Part shown: positions 40,201 to 54,655 of the stretch, piece after piece
Layout: each line of letters opens with the position of its first letter
How positions within the stretch are numbered: the stretch's first letter is position 1
DNA from: Octopus sinensis
Taxonomy: Eukaryota
Assembly: GCF_006345805.1 (NCBI RefSeq)
Contig: NC_043001.1
Coordinates: 62,682,001 to 62,746,000 of the forward strand
Reading direction: 5' to 3'
DNA: 64,000 bases
Notes under the pieces: model-generated
Seen by the model: the letters and a program-made list of their open reading frames with translations, nothing else
Told to the model about the DNA's origin: nothing
The model's database searches: none
Position numbers and translations under genes: made by a program

Positions 40201-40593
40201 TGTTACCTGAGGAAATATTTGTGTGTATAATAAGAGAGAACGCAGAGAGAGGAAGTGATTAGTGAAGGTGATGTAATAAAGTTGTATAATGAATGTTGAG
40301 AGAAAAAAAACAAGAGTACCAGATTATAAATCTGATGATTGCAACCAAGGGGGTTGCAACAAATAAACTGTGTATCATTTGTTGGCATGTAAGAATAGCA
40401 ATATAAAATCATCTTATTCTGGGAAGTACATACACATGTGCACATACATACACACACACACAACTTACATTCAGTTCAGGTGCCAAATAGATGAATTTTG
40501 GGGCAAAATTCTTGCTTTGGCCTTTCTGTATTTGGAAATAGAATTGTCCCATGATGCAAGGTCTATTCAAGCTGGTTTTTATATACATACAAT
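36900..40593 (-). other. Probable long AU-rich 3' UTR of Crk (3' end not defined)
   Basis: Several kb downstream of the stop with no recognisable transposon, unlike the flanking introns. Several AATAAA candidates on the minus strand. Confidence 0.4.
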
Positions 40594-40764
<171 letters not shown>

Positions 40765-42088
40765 CTATTAAAGAAAAGAAAAACACAAGAAATTAGCCAT
40801 ATAACTTTGTTATTTAAATCCTATATTATAATGTTAAAATATCAAGTTGGACAGAAATTAACCCCATCTTTTAGTGAATACAAGGTAATTAACCATAAAT
40901 CAGATTTAAATTGAACATCTTGGAGTAAGAATTGTTTCATTTCATTTTAATGTCAACTCTCCCATTCTTGCATGGGTCAGACAGAATTCAATCCTTTGCC
41001 TATTTCCAAGCAAGGTAATGTTTCTCCCATGGCTAAAAATGAATGACATCGCTTATATAACAGTGATGCTCATTTACAATCATCACTTTATTTGGACAAT
41101 CCAATATCTAATTTGTTTGTTTTTTCTGCAGATTTGTTTTTTTGATACTGACATGCATATTTCATCATTAATACCTATTTACTTTGGATGACAAATTTGA
41201 AAAAGTTTGAGTTTTACCATAGATAAAACAGACAAGAGTACATTTGATGTCAGGACTAGAGAAAAGAAAGAAGAAATTCATCATCGTTTAATGTCCACTC
41301 TCCATGCTGACATGGGCTAGATGGTTTGACATGGAGCTGGCTAGCAGGGAGCTGTCCAGACTCCAACTGTCTGTTTTGGCACGGTTTCTAAGGCTGAATG
41401 CCCTTCCTAATGCCAACCACTTAACAGAATGTGCCAGGTGCTTTTTAAATGCCACCAGCATCTGAAAAGACAAGCCTGTGTACATGGAAGACTGATTTTA
41501 CTTAGCTTGACTTGTCATATCAAGTATAGCAAATCACCACATCTCCCAGTCCCTTGTCATTCCTTCAGTGAGGCCCACCATCCAAAGATCCTTTCTCACC
41601 CCTTTGTATCATGTTTTCCTGGGTCTACCATTTCCACTGGTACCCTCCAAAATTATGGAAGAGTAAAAACACGTAAGAAATAGTTGAAGATGAATGAAAA
41701 GTTCTAGAGAGAATTCATTCTATAAGTTCTTTAAGGTCTTATTTAACTTTTCAGAAGTGATACATAGATTAGAAATGAGAGAGCAATATTTTAAATACAC
41801 ATTTTGTTTTTCTGCAGGCTCATACTTACAAGACTGAAGTGATGGATAGAACAAAGAGAGAAGTAAGAAACAGACAGATTCAAATGTTGATGAGAAAACA
41901 AATATTATCAGAATGTTTACTGATCCACAACCGGTGTTATAAGAGAAATCTATTACATCAGATAATTTTACAAAAACATTAAAAGTAAGCCTTGCAGTCA
42001 TGCTTATACTTATTAGAGATTCTGGTCTTACTATTTCTGAACAAATTGGAAAAAGGAGTATCTCTGCCTAATGAACTAGAAACCATAC

Positions 42089-42166
42089 CTCAAGTTTTAG
42101 CTGTGTTTTATCATATATATTTGGTATCCTCTGTTGTTTTACTTTAGCTTGAGCTGGTAATTTTAC
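42089..42166 (-). CDS. CRK: Crk cSH3 first exon
   Basis: tttcag|VKLPAQAKVKQQRIPNIYDKTQLKLE|gtatgg. Matches Crk R.PNAYDKTAL.LE. Confidence 0.94.
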
Positions 42167-42951
42167 CTGAAATAGATAGAATTTACAATAAGAGGTACAG
42201 GCATAGCAGTGGGGTAAGAGGTTTACTTCATAACCACTGCACGGCACCTTGGGCAAGTGTCATTCACTATAGCCCCAAGCCAACCAAAACCTTGTGAGTG
42301 GCATTTTTGTGTGCATGTCTTGACAACTGGTGCTGGTTGTTTACATCCCTGTCACTATGTTGTTTGGCAAAATGAGACGACACCTCCATATAAGTTCACT
42401 ACTGTTTAATAATAATTTGAATTTTAAAAAGGAATTAGTATCAACAAAACTTAATTTTAAATAATTATTTACATGAAAAATAAGAATACCTAGAGTTAAC
42501 AGTTATTTTTTCCTCCCATTTGAAAGTAAAAAAAAAAAACCAGTCAATGACAGATTGTTTTGTGCGAATCTCAGCGATATTTGGGTACCTGAAGTCTACT
42601 GTCTCGTGTTCCAAACATGTCTTGTAAACAATGTAAGGGGCCTATGATTTGTCCTAATCACCAAGCTTGACATGAAAGTAAGCATGATAGGTTTTCTTGT
42701 AAAAGTCAGATATCGGTTTCCTGTTAGCTTCTGGAAATTTTATGTGGCTTGGAACTGAATACAAGGAAACATGTTAAGTACTAGGAATTAAGGGAGGCAA
42801 CTCCTGACATGTTATATTAGTTCGGTTAACAACTTTAAAAATACAGCTTCTATAATGAGACTAAAGTAATGACAAACGTGAAGCTAATAAAGCATTGATC
42901 GGTGGGGAAAAATCGAAATTTCTACAACAAAACAAAACACTGTAAGCTTAC

Positions 42952-43050
42952 CTTTGGATTAAATGAAGTAGGTGTGAATATATGGGCAAGACTAGGGTTA
43001 GAATCTCTGTTCTGAGAATTACTTATTCGTTGTGGCTGGTTTGGGTCATA
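42952..43050 (-). CDS. CRK: Crk SH3-SH3 linker exon (99 nt)
   Basis: ttttag|YDPNQPQRISNSQNRDSNPSLAHIFTPTSFNPK|gtaagc. Open, phase 0-0, canonical splice sites; low sequence conservation is expected for a linker. Confidence 0.8.
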
Positions 43051-43178
43051 CTAAAAAGTAAAATTAAATCAAAACAATTTAAAAGAGTCATTAACAGAAA
43101 TAGAATTTACTCTAAGAAACCAAATCTTTTTTTAAAATATCTAAAATGAAATGTAGCTATATTTATTACATTAAATCA

Positions 43179-43400
<222 letters not shown>

Positions 43401-44522
43401 TTAAAAAATTCATCACAATGATTTTTTTCTATACAAAAATATGGTAAGTTACCATTAAACATAGTTTTCCAAATCATTAAAGCTTGCTACAAACATTTCA
43501 AAATTGCAAAAAGGACAAAAAAATCCTAATGGAAAAGATAAAACTAGAGTCATGACAAATGTTACTATAGAGATCATGAAATAAAGTGGATGTTCTGTCA
43601 ACTGTCTAACTCCTAAGAGAATACAGAATAATAAGGACATACAATTCCAGGAACACATTAAATACAGTGGAAGAGGAGAAAGAAGATTAAGAAATATTTA
43701 GTTGGGTCAAAGTTATTTAATAAACAAGATCTAATTAATAATGGAAATAGATAACAATCTTTAGACTATGGAAAAACAAGGAAAACAATTGGGGAGGATT
43801 TAATGTAATAGAAATACAACAGCTTGTGTGCAAAGGGGTTGAGAAAATGCTCAACTATGTAAATGAAATATTCAAGTGTAAGAAATGTCACATAATATTA
43901 GTGAAGGATATATACAAGACAGAGTCAAACCTGATAGTATTTAGGAAAAAAGCAGTGAGATTGAATCAGTACAGAGCTGCACAGATGAGATTAGACTGAG
44001 TGACATGGAAAAATTGTTATATCAGATGGATGCATGGCTATGTGGTAAGAAGTTTGCTTCGTAACCACATAGTTTACTCTTGTTCAAGAGTCTTCTTTCA
44101 CAAATGTTTGTCCAACAAGTGTTTAATGATAGCTTTGAGGTGGCTATATGTGATGTTGATTTTTTGTATGTGTTGTTGGGTGCTTGAATGCCAGTTCGTT
44201 GTATATATGCAGAATATTTTGGTTCAAAATTCATTTTAGGTCAGCAATTTAATGACAGACTAAAGCTTGATATAAAAACTAACTTCGACAAAACAGCTTA
44301 CCAACTAAAACGCATATGAACTCTGAAACCCACCTCCTTGATTGAGCAGTTTGGCAATGTACATATAGTGGTGTTTTGCCACTTTTCAGTGGAGATGGAT
44401 GCAATCTGTGATTTTCAGTTCAAAATAAAGCAAAGATATAAAAGTAGTGTTACTGGAGTGCTCCATTTCAAATTTTATAGTCATCAATATTATTGAATGT
44501 ATTGTATATTTTAACAGCTTCC

Positions 44523-45530
44523 TCACAAGACGTCATTCACACACCTGGCAAAAAAAGGCACAAGAGTGACAACTGTTAAGTGTCTTGCATATTGATAGTT
44601 AATGGGCTTGAAAAGCTTGGACCACCTGCACATCAGCAGTCCAGAAATATAATTGTAAATGGAACCCTCAAACTGGAAGGTGTTCTTCATAATAGTAAAC
44701 AATTCATGGATATCTGGAGCTGTGAGCCCAAAGCAGTTAAGGTTATGAGAGGAGGAAAGTTGATAGCTGGGTTGAAGGAACAGAGGTATACAGGGAAACA
44801 ACGTCCAAGCTAAAAGGTATTTATTTTTTCAAAGTATGGATGGATTGATATCTCTCAGTGTGCTGATGTGGAGTTTTCAACATGTCCTAGCTAGATTTGA
44901 AGTAGTGGCTTCAGAATATTAGACAGAAGCCAAGAGATTTTGAAAAGGGTCCCATAATATTGGAAGCAATGGGTCTAATTTTTAAATGTGGCCCTAGTTT
45001 GTGTGCTTTTTATGAGGTGATAGAAAGTGAGGAGTATGTTGCTTTTTGTGATGTTGTTGCACTTTAGTCTTGTTCAAGAGCCTTCTTTCACAGAAGTTTG
45101 TCCAACAAGTGTTTAATGATAGCTTCGAGCTGGCTATATGTGATGTTGATTTTTTGTATGTGTTGTTGGGTGCTTGAATGCCAGTTTGTTGTATATATGC
45201 AGAATTCTCTTCCTTTGTCCAATGGTAGGTGTATAAGGTATATGGAAAGTAAGTTTGGGAGATTGAGAAATTTGAATCTTAAAGAGATTAAAGGAATGAG
45301 TGGAATGTTTTTGTAAGATGTTGTAAATTGAATGTTAAAGTCTTGTTTGCTTAGTATTAAGTTATTGGTTAGAATGAGGAAGGTGAAGCGGTTGTCAGGG
45401 TGGTAGGTGGGGAATCTAGTGGTGCTCATAGTAGAGGTGGAGTTAGAGATAGTATTATTGGAGGATGGGCAGTAGGACTTCACAATGGACATCCAGTTTA
45501 GTTTTGATGGGAACTTAATAAAAGAAGCTA
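44523..45530 (-). mobile_element. Penelope-like element RT remnant
   Basis: Minus-strand KAHKLGPHLKIRPIASNIMGP...WLLSNILKPLL, LDVVSLYTSVP, NTFQFEGSIY..ISGL and FFARCVNDVL (degenerate RYVDD). Confidence 0.85.
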
Positions 45531-48499
45531 ATTTAAAAAAATAAATACAACCCATATATTAACAAAAGATCCGAACCACATGCAACTGATTGGTTATCAT
45601 AGCAATGCAAAACAATCCTTCCAACACACACACTCTACAGAACAGAGAAATCAACAAACAGCTTTTATTCAAAAAAAGGGTCCTAACCCTGAAATATTGA
45701 AATATCAGGCAAAAGTACAAACCAGCAGTCTGTATTATTAATTTTTATAACTTGCATTGTTTTGGCTTTAAAAAAAAATGAAAACATATCTATGTATGAG
45801 TATGTGTTCGTGTCTACATGTCTAGATATTGTGATAGTTGTAAATGACTATCACTGTCATACAAGCAGCCTCATTCATTTCCAATATACTGCAATGTCTG
45901 GCCATAGGGAAATACCTTGCTTAGAAACAGGTAAAGGTTGGCAACAGGGGAGATATCTAGTCATAGAAAAATCTGCTTCAATAAACTTTGTCCAACCCAT
46001 GCAAACTTAGAAAAGTATTCTGAATAGCTAATGAAAGTCGATAATTTATTTAATATTTGTGAGATGTGTTGCAACTAACAAAATATGAAAGAAATGTGGC
46101 TGTTCAAAAGAGTTGAATAAATGGCTGATATACCTGAGCAGAAAATCTGGATACTGCATATTGCATCATATTTATAACTGCAGTGAGCTGTGTTATAAAT
46201 ATAATGGCGATGGAAAATAGTGTCTGTTCTACTTTAACATAAGATGGTGTTATAAGAAAAATATGCTCGCGATATTTCAACTTTTCAAGCCATGGCACAA
46301 ATTACCAAAATTGAAATTCAAAGTCCACATTTAAGAGGAAGATAAGTTCTGGATGACTTATTGGAGGCTATTATATTTATGAGCTAAATATAAGCGGTGT
46401 TAAAAGGAGCCAATAAATAATCAAAGTAAACATCAGTTGAGCTTATCTGAACAAGTGTACATGATAAATCCATTTATCAATTATGTCCATAAGATATTTG
46501 TCAGTATTTGCACAGACTGTATATACAAGATATATATGTATTATGTATCAGTGCAGGCATGGCTGTGTAGTGCTGACCAAAGCCTGGAGAGTGAATTTGG
46601 TAGATGGAAACTAAAAGGAGCCCGTCATGTGTGTCTGTCTCTGTCTCCCACCATCACTTGACAATCCCTGAAACTAAGTGGTTTGCCAAAAGTGTCCAAC
46701 AGAATAAGCACCGGGCTTAAGAAAAAGTAAGTACTGGGGTCAATTCAACCGACTAATATTCAAGGCAGTGCCCCAGCATGGCCAGAGTCTAATGAGTGAA
46801 ACAAAATACATGTGCACAAGCACACACGCACATATATATCATCACCATTTATTGTCCATGTTCCATGATGGCATAGGTTGGATAGTTTAACAGGATAAGA
46901 TGGGTCTGAGGATTGTATTGTGTTGTGTTCATTGGTCTGCTTTGGCATTGTTTCTACAGATGGATGCCCTTCCTAAAGCCAACAATTCTACAACATGTAC
47001 TAGATGTTTTTTTCATGGCACTAACAATACTGAGGTTGCCAAGCAGCCTGAAAGATTAGGAGCCCCTTCAAATAAATAAGGGTTCAATAAAGAGGAAGGC
47101 AGCTTTATACTAAATGATGGATTAAAGTATGAGGAAAAGAACCAGAACAGGTTTCTTGCTGTAGAGGAACTACATGGTTACTCAATAGAAGAGAGTGGGA
47201 CCAACCAGGCAGGGGAAGGTAGGGGCAAGTAAAAGACTGATAGTGTAGAAACAGATACTCTCTCTCTCACATTTCTCAAGAGACATGAGAAATATGAGAG
47301 AGAGATGTGGTGTGCATACACCTCTTGTCTGTCCATTGCTTACATTGGATACAGTGTATAGAGTTTATACCTACTCCATTCCTATGTATCAAGCAAAGCC
47401 TTTTCTCTGAAGGTACTTGAGTCCTGTCTTTTACCTACATACTAAAAAATGGTACAGGAGAGTGAGCAAGGTAAAATGTGGGTGGAGAGCACTACAAGAA
47501 ATAAGGAAGGCTATCAAGTGAAATGGTTTCAGATAATGAGAAAGACAAGTGGTATTAAGAAAAGCTGATGAAGTATGCGATTCTGCCTACAATTACAGCA
47601 GCAGAATACTGCAATTAGAGAGATGATTTTGTGGGGGGTGGGTTGGGGTTGATGTTTTGAGGAGGAAATTGAGTAAGGGAATACAATTGTGTGTACATAA
47701 CCTTAAAAAATAACTTGAAAAAAAGTGTAACTCAAATCAATGATTCATCAATAAACAATAGAGCTAATGGAGATTAATTAATATCAAATTAGTAGGTTGT
47801 TTTTAGATTTTCCCAGGATACAACAAAAACAGAAATACAAAAGTAACTAGTGAAAGTTATATTAATTTTTTTCACCGTCATTTAGCAGCTGTCTTCCATG
47901 CTGGCTTCGATTTGGAGGTTTGACAAGATGCAACAAGCAAGAGGAATTCAATGAGCTCCAATGTGTATCTTGGAGTGGTCCCATGGTTGAATAGCCTTCC
48001 TAATGCCAACCACTTTATAGATGATACTGGGTGCTTTTTTTGCGACATTAGTACCAAGTAACTTGCAAGACAAAGAGGAAAAAGCCTCCTCAATTAAGTG
48101 GGGTTATAGTAGATGGAGTCAATGCAGCTTTATGCCAGATATTGAAAGGCTAAATTATGATAGAGGGACAAGCACAGGTATCTTAGTATAGAAGAGACAC
48201 ATAGATACCTCACATTATATAGAAGATAGATATTGGTAACAAGGTAAGATTAATTAATATTAGATTAATAGATTGCTTTCAGTCCTGGCTGAAAGTTTTA
48301 TTTTGCAAAATACGCCAGTATGAAAGAAAGATGAAATACTGTCATATGAAGTAAACTTCAGAAATGTTAAATATCAAATAACTCCTTGACATTATTTTCG
48401 TTCAAAGTTCTTTCTAGAATCATTCATAATCTAAAAGTGTTATCTTTATTCAAGTTTGTAGTTACAGATTATGTTAAAAATACTGTATACAATACTTAC

Positions 48500-48544
48500 A
48501 TTGCCAGCAAAGTCATATTTAGCACGGACTTTCATCCGAGGAGC
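48500..48544 (-). CDS. CRK: Crk 45-nt exon, start of nSH3
   Basis: ttgcag|APRMKVRAKYDFAGN|gtaagt. SH3 ALYDF-like motif, in frame with neighbouring exons. Confidence 0.92.
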
Positions 48545-48718
48545 CTGCAAGAAAGGAAAAAATAGAAGTCTATTATGACTCTAGAAGTTTTCTGCAAGTC
48601 CCTAAATAATATTTACACATTTGACCCCAAATTTGTGTAATTTTCACAATCTGTTATGACTAGTTTTCCTTTGTATCTTTTATTTGTCAAATAGTACTCA
48701 CTCATTCAGAAAATAAAT

Positions 48719-49516
48719 TTAGAGTATAACAAAAGTGCTGCCTACCATCCGACGTTTGTTTCCTCATAACATTCTGAAAAAAGGATATTTTTCAATGAAA
48801 TTTTCCACAATTACTTTTCTGATAGTGTAGATTACAATTATATTGGAACTTAATGTGAAAAAAGAAACAAAGGAGTGGGGCATAGATATTTCCTGCATCT
48901 CGACTTTGTTTCCTCACGTTTTGAGGATCTGATTACAAATTTGCTGAAAAATTTTTTTAAATTACTTAGTGACCTACATGATCCCTGCTACTTCTATCTT
49001 ACTAAACAACCACACAATGGCTGAGCTACTTTTAATTTTGGTTAAAAGAGAGAGATTAAGTCTGCTATAAAATAATGAAAGAAATATGTACTCAATAATT
49101 AGTACATTGTACATACTTTTCTGCAGATATCTTTCAGAGAATTTTTGAAACAGGGTGGAAAAGTCCTTAAAAGTAATTCCACACCTACCACGCCACATAA
49201 TTCTAATCTACATCATCAAAACATATGAGGGAATAAAGTCAAAATGTGTGAAATATTGTCCCACCCTACCCTGGCTTCCAACTTTTTTCACATCAAAATC
49301 CACTGTAATTGTATTCTACAAAATCCAAGAGGTATTTGTTGAAAATTTCCTTAAAAATAACTACAGAATACTTTTCACTACAAATTCCAGTATAATCATA
49401 ATTTACACCACCTGAAACATATTTATACAAAATTTCATTTAAAAAGATCCACATTTTTCAGAAAGTTATGAGGAAACAAAGTCAGGTGGGAGGCACACTG
49501 CTATAGTTATGCCTGA
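48719..49516. mobile_element. Non-autonomous DNA transposon with imperfect long TIRs (superfamily unassigned)
   Basis: TTTGTTTCCTCATAACATTCTGAAAA near the left end is inverted as TTTTCAGAAAGTTATGAGGAAACAAA near the right end. Confidence 0.65.
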
Positions 49517-50626
49517 GTGCATACAGAGGTTTTAAAAAACACTGAAATCTTTGGTCAATTATAAGTACTGGGCAATGCTCCAAGATGGCCACAGTCAAAG
49601 GACTGAAACAAACAAAATTGTAATAAAAGAAGTTCAAAACAAAATTTTTATTAAAAATATATTAAAATTAGGAATTTATAAGAATTTTCAAGACAGGGTC
49701 TTGCTGTCTTTCAGTAAAAGTTACATCCCCTAAACTATTAACAAGTAGCTTTCTTTATTGTAACTTCTTGACAGAATTCAAGCCAATCATACTGTGACAA
49801 GACTTTTGATTGCAACCAAGAGAGTTCCAAAGGTTTGTGAAAATATGTGATTTGTGTGTGTGTTTGTGTATGCAAGTGTGGGTGTGAGCATGTGTGCACA
49901 CGTATGTGATCATATAATAATTTTATATGTGATCATATAATAATTTATATGCGTTCATATAAGTGCACATATCTGTGGCACATGTGCTTGTTTTACACAC
50001 ACACACCCTCCACAATGCTAGCATAGGTTAGACTAATATACTATTGAGGTGTGTTCCATAGCTGGATAACCTTTCTACCACTAACACTTACTTGACTTTC
50101 AAATAAGGGATCTCTTATTTCACACATCTCAAAAACAGCAAAGCCTAGGGAACTGACATCATCATCACCAGTTGTAGTTAAATGACCTTTAGAGAAACAC
50201 AAATGTAATCTAGGAGCAAATACACATGCATATACATACATTCTCACATGTTATTTATGTTTATACATACATACATATCCAAATGACAGGCTTCTTTCAG
50301 TTTCCATCTTTCAAATTCATTCACATGGCTTTGGTTGGCCCACAACTATGAGAAGATACTTACTCATGGCACCATATGGTGGGGCTCAACCTGAAACCAA
50401 TGTGGTTGGGAAGCAATTACTTAACCATACACAGATCCTTGTCCCATGTGCTCCCTACCATTCAATTCTCTCACATATTCTTGCCCAGTCGCCAAATGAT
50501 GATTATGCATTGCTAAGCTAAAACTTGTTTTTCGAGCCTTCATTCATTTGCCATTAACACTTTAAATGTATTGTTTACTAACAGCTAATTTTTCTCAGAA
50601 GCTAACTAATTAAATTAAGATGATTA

Positions 50627-50718
50627 CTCGTTTCTTGGCCTGTTTAATTTCTTATTCCTCGTTTCTTGGCCTGTTTAATTTCTTATTCCTCGTTTCTCTA
50701 GCTTAATTTCTCATTCAC
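50627..50718. repeat. Tandem repeat, 31-bp unit x about 2.7
   Basis: CTCGTTTCTTGGCCTGTTTAATTTCTTATTC repeated. Confidence 0.85.
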
Positions 50719-51343
50719 CATGAACACTATGAATGTATACTAAACACTCCTGCTACTTTCGTTAGATCCGTGTACTATTTCCCCAAATTAAACTTGCTTG
50801 TTCATGGTTTGCCCACCCTGTCCTGCCCCCACCACCAATACCGGATATCTCGATCTTTACCCCGATCTTTATCTCTATCTTCTCACCATCTACACCGGAT
50901 ATCTCTCTCCTTCCACCATCATTACCTGTTGTCTCTTCTCTCCACTGCTCCTCCTCACTGGGCTGTTCTCTATATGCTACCTGTACTCTTCCTCTCTCTC
51001 TCTCCTGGGACAAATGCAACTAACTCAGTTGCCCCTCATTTTGTTTCATTCTGTCTAGCAATTTCTCACCACCATTACCAGATGTCTCTTCTCTCAATCC
51101 CCCCTCCTCTCTGGTGCTGTTCTCTATACTACTTGCACCCCCACTCTCTCCCCAAAAAACGCAACTAGGTTAGCTGCCCACCTACATAACCGAATATCCT
51201 TCCTTTTGTTTTGTCCCGCCTAGAAATATTCCAACAACTATCCAGTAATTTTCCATGCACATATCAAGTGAAGGAGACAGCTAATGGCTGTACATGTGTG
51301 CTTGTTCACTTGTGTCTGTGTGCATGCATGCTTGTGTGTATGT

Positions 51344-51493
51344 ATGGATGAACTTGCTTCCTCTCTCTCTGTCTGAAATCACATCCCCTCTTACGATGAC
51401 CATAATGCTTATACTCACAATGGATGAACTTGCTTCCTCTCTCTCTGTCTGAAATCACACCCCCTCTTATGATGACCATAATGCTTATACTCA
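51344..51493. repeat. Tandem duplication, ~77-bp unit x2
   Basis: TGGATGAACTTGCTTCCTCTCTCTCTGTCTGAAATCACA...ATGCTTATACTCA occurs twice with about 2 mismatches. Confidence 0.9.
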
Positions 51494-51599
51494 TGATGCC
51501 ATTAACACCTAAAACACCTAATCCTACCTCCAGTAGGGGCAACGATCTTAATCCTAACATGAATGTTTGAATGATGTCAGGTTGGAAGTGAGAACAGAT

Positions 51600-54500
51600 G
51601 AAGCATGCCTAAAAAACGAACACAACAACCTCCCTCTTCTTTTCAGGCACTGAATAACATCTCTCCTCCCCAAGCCTCACCCCACATTCCTTTCCTAGTT
51701 TTCAGAGTTGGCACACTGAAAGGTAAGTCTAGCGAGATTGTAGAGATGCCTGAAAGGAGACGTGTTGATGTATGCTGCATACAAGACGTAAGATGGAAAG
51801 GAGCTTCAGCTAGGGTCCTCACAGGCAAGGCACATAGGTACAAAATCTTCTGGCAATGTAACATGGATGGAGTTGGGGTGTAGGCATACTCCTTGCGGAG
51901 AAATGGGTAGATAGTCATAGAGGTTGTCAAGGTATGCAATAGAGTGCTTAAGCTCAGGCTAGTCCTACAGAACAGCACAGCCACAATTATCTCTTCTACA
52001 CCCCACAAGCGGGCCTACCAAATGATCAGAAGGACCGTTTTTATGATACCCTTCTACAGGCTACCTCAAAGATGAGTGGCAAAGGCCTCATCTTTGTGGC
52101 TGGAGATTTTAATGGGGATGTTGGGAGGCAATCCGGTATCTTCACTGGTGTACACGGGGTCATGGTATTGGTTCCCGAAACGACGAGGGAACTAGGCTGC
52201 TGGAGTTCTGTGATGCATGTAACCTTTTAATCTGCAACATTAACTTCAGGAAACCAGAAAGCCACCTCCCTCCCGGGTGAAGAATGTACCCCACTAGCAT
52301 AGGCTAGTCATCAGTGACTTTAGGCTCGAGGCCAGAAAGATACCAAGAAGCAGACCAATCCAAAAAAGAGGGATTTGGAAGCTAAAGAACCCTTCACATG
52401 GTCAGAGATTTAGGGACATCTTCATCAAGAAATTTGATGAGAGGGAGGAGGAGTACAAACATCAGACATAGAAGGTAGCTGGAAATTTCTACAGGACAGC
52501 TTGCTGAGTGTCACAGACCAAGTCTGCGGTTGGTGCAAAGTCCCTTCCAGACCTAGAGTTACGTGGTAGTGGAATGGTAAGGTAGACAAAGCCATCAGAG
52601 TAAAGAAAGAAGCCTGGAAAGGTGGGGGTAGCAGGGAACTGTACCAGGTAGCCAAAAGGGAGGCTGGGCAGCAGGTATACATAGCCAAGGGTGCTTAAAA
52701 CACCTGGTAGTGTGGGCTATGGTCTAGTCACCTGCATTGTAAACCAGGTAGTTCATGACGAAGTCATTCCCAATGACTGGCGTAGGAGCACCATAGTCAA
52801 TTGCTACAAGGGTAAACATGATGCTCTAGATAGAAATAACTACAGGGGTATCAAACTGCTGGATCAGGTGATGATGATCACAGAGAGGGTCATAGCCCAT
52901 CTCATTAGAGAGAGAGTCTGCTTAGATGAGATGTAGTTCAATTTTGTGCCGGGTAGAAGCACCACTAATGCTATATTCCTGGTTTGACAACTGCAGGAGA
53001 AATACCTAGATAAAGATAAATCCCTATACTTAGCTTTTGTGGACTTGAAGAAAGCCTTTGACAGGGTCCCCCAATCCCTTATCTGGTGGGTGATGCGGAA
53101 ACTGGGGACTGACGAATGGTTAATAAGGGCTGCACAGGCCCTATACAGTGAGGGTGTTAGTAAGGTTAGGATTGGCAATGAGTATAGTGAAGAATTTTGG
53201 ATAGAAGTAGGAGTCCACCAAGGTTCAGCCCTCAGTCCCCTTTTATTCATCATAGTCCTCCAGGCAATAACAGAGGAATTCAAGACAGGTTGCCCCTGGG
53301 AGCTCCTCTATGCTGATGACTTGGCCGTCATAGCAGAATCACTACCGGAACTAGAGAAGAAATTTCAGGTGTGGAAGCAAGGTTTAGAATCAAAAGGCCT
53401 TAGAGTCAATGTTGTAAAAGACCAAAATTCTATTAAGTAGGAAGGCGAACTCACCACACACCCCCTTAGGTAGGTGGCCCCTGCTCGATCTGTAGAAAAG
53501 GTGTAGGTAGAAACTCCATAAGATGTACCCAGTGTAAGCTATGGACACATAAGAGGTGCAGCAAAATCAAAGGAAGATTAACCGGGAAGATAGCTTTCGT
53601 GTGCGGCAGAGGCAATAGACACCACAGTTGCTCAAAAAACAGATTCCATCACACTTCAGGGGAAGAAACTAGTAGTTGATAGCTTCTGCTACCTAGTTGA
53701 CCAAGCTAGTAGTGGAGGTGGATGCTCAGAGAGTGTTACCACTAGAATAAGAATAGCCTAGGCAGAGTTCAGACAGCTTCTACCCCTACTGGTGACAAAG
53801 GGCCTTTCGCGCAGAGTGAAAGGTAGACTGTACGATGCATGTGTGTGAACTCCATGCTTCACAGCAGTGAAACATGGGCCATGGCTGCGGAGAACATGTA
53901 TAGGCTCAAATGAAGCTAGCATGATCCGATGGATGTGTAATGTCAGTGTGCACACACGACAGAGTTTAAGCGCCGAGAGAAATTTTGGACATAAAAAGCA
54001 TCGAATGTGGCGTTTAAGAGAGACGTTTGCGCTGGCATGGTCAAGTACTATAGAAGGATGAGGAGATCTGTGTGAAGAAGTGCCACTCCCAAACAGTGGA
54101 AGGAATCCGGGGTAGAGGTAGACCCAGGAAGACATGGGATGAGGTGGTGAAGCTTGACCTTTGAATGTTGGGCCTCACAGAGGCAATGACGAAAGACCGA
54201 GATCTCTGGAGATATGCTGTGACTGTGAACACCCAGCATATAAAGTGAGTTCACGGCTGTATCCTACACCAGTTTCGTATAACTAGCCCCAGCCCATTTA
54301 AAAGTACCTTGGATCATAGGGCGACCTGGTGTGCTTGAGGAGACCTACTGAGTCAAGTACATCAACATTAAAATGAAAATCAAATGGTAATTGTAGTTGT
54401 GGTACCTGTGCCGGTGGCACATAAAAAGCACCATCCAAACATGGCCGATGCCAGCGCTGCCTTGACTGGCTTCCATGCTGGTGGCATGTAAAAAGTACCC

Positions 54501-54655
54501 ACTACACTCACGGAGTGGTTGGCATTAGGAAGGGCATCCAGCTGTAGAAACACTACCAGATCAGACTGGAGTCTCGTGCAGCCTCCTGGCTTCCCAGACC
54601 CTGGCCGAACTGTCCAACCCATGCTAGCATGGAAAACGAACATTAAACGATGACA
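51600..54655 (+). mobile_element. Decayed, largely complete RTE-clade LINE with an internal deletion near 52690
   Basis: APE remnant (RRVDVCCIQDVRWKG, AGDFNG). RT motifs NYRGIKLL, DLKKAFDRVP, GVHQGSALSPLLF, LLYADDL, and C-terminal GRPRKTW. The 3' UTR ends CCATGCTAGCATGG...AAACGATGA. Multiple stop codons. Confidence 0.93.

Noticed and set aside
51520-51545. CCTAC-CTCCA-GTAGG-GGCAAC near the RTE 5' end as a possible HDV-like ribozyme
   Set aside because: I could not build the P1/P2 nested double pseudoknot; only one short hairpin is supported.
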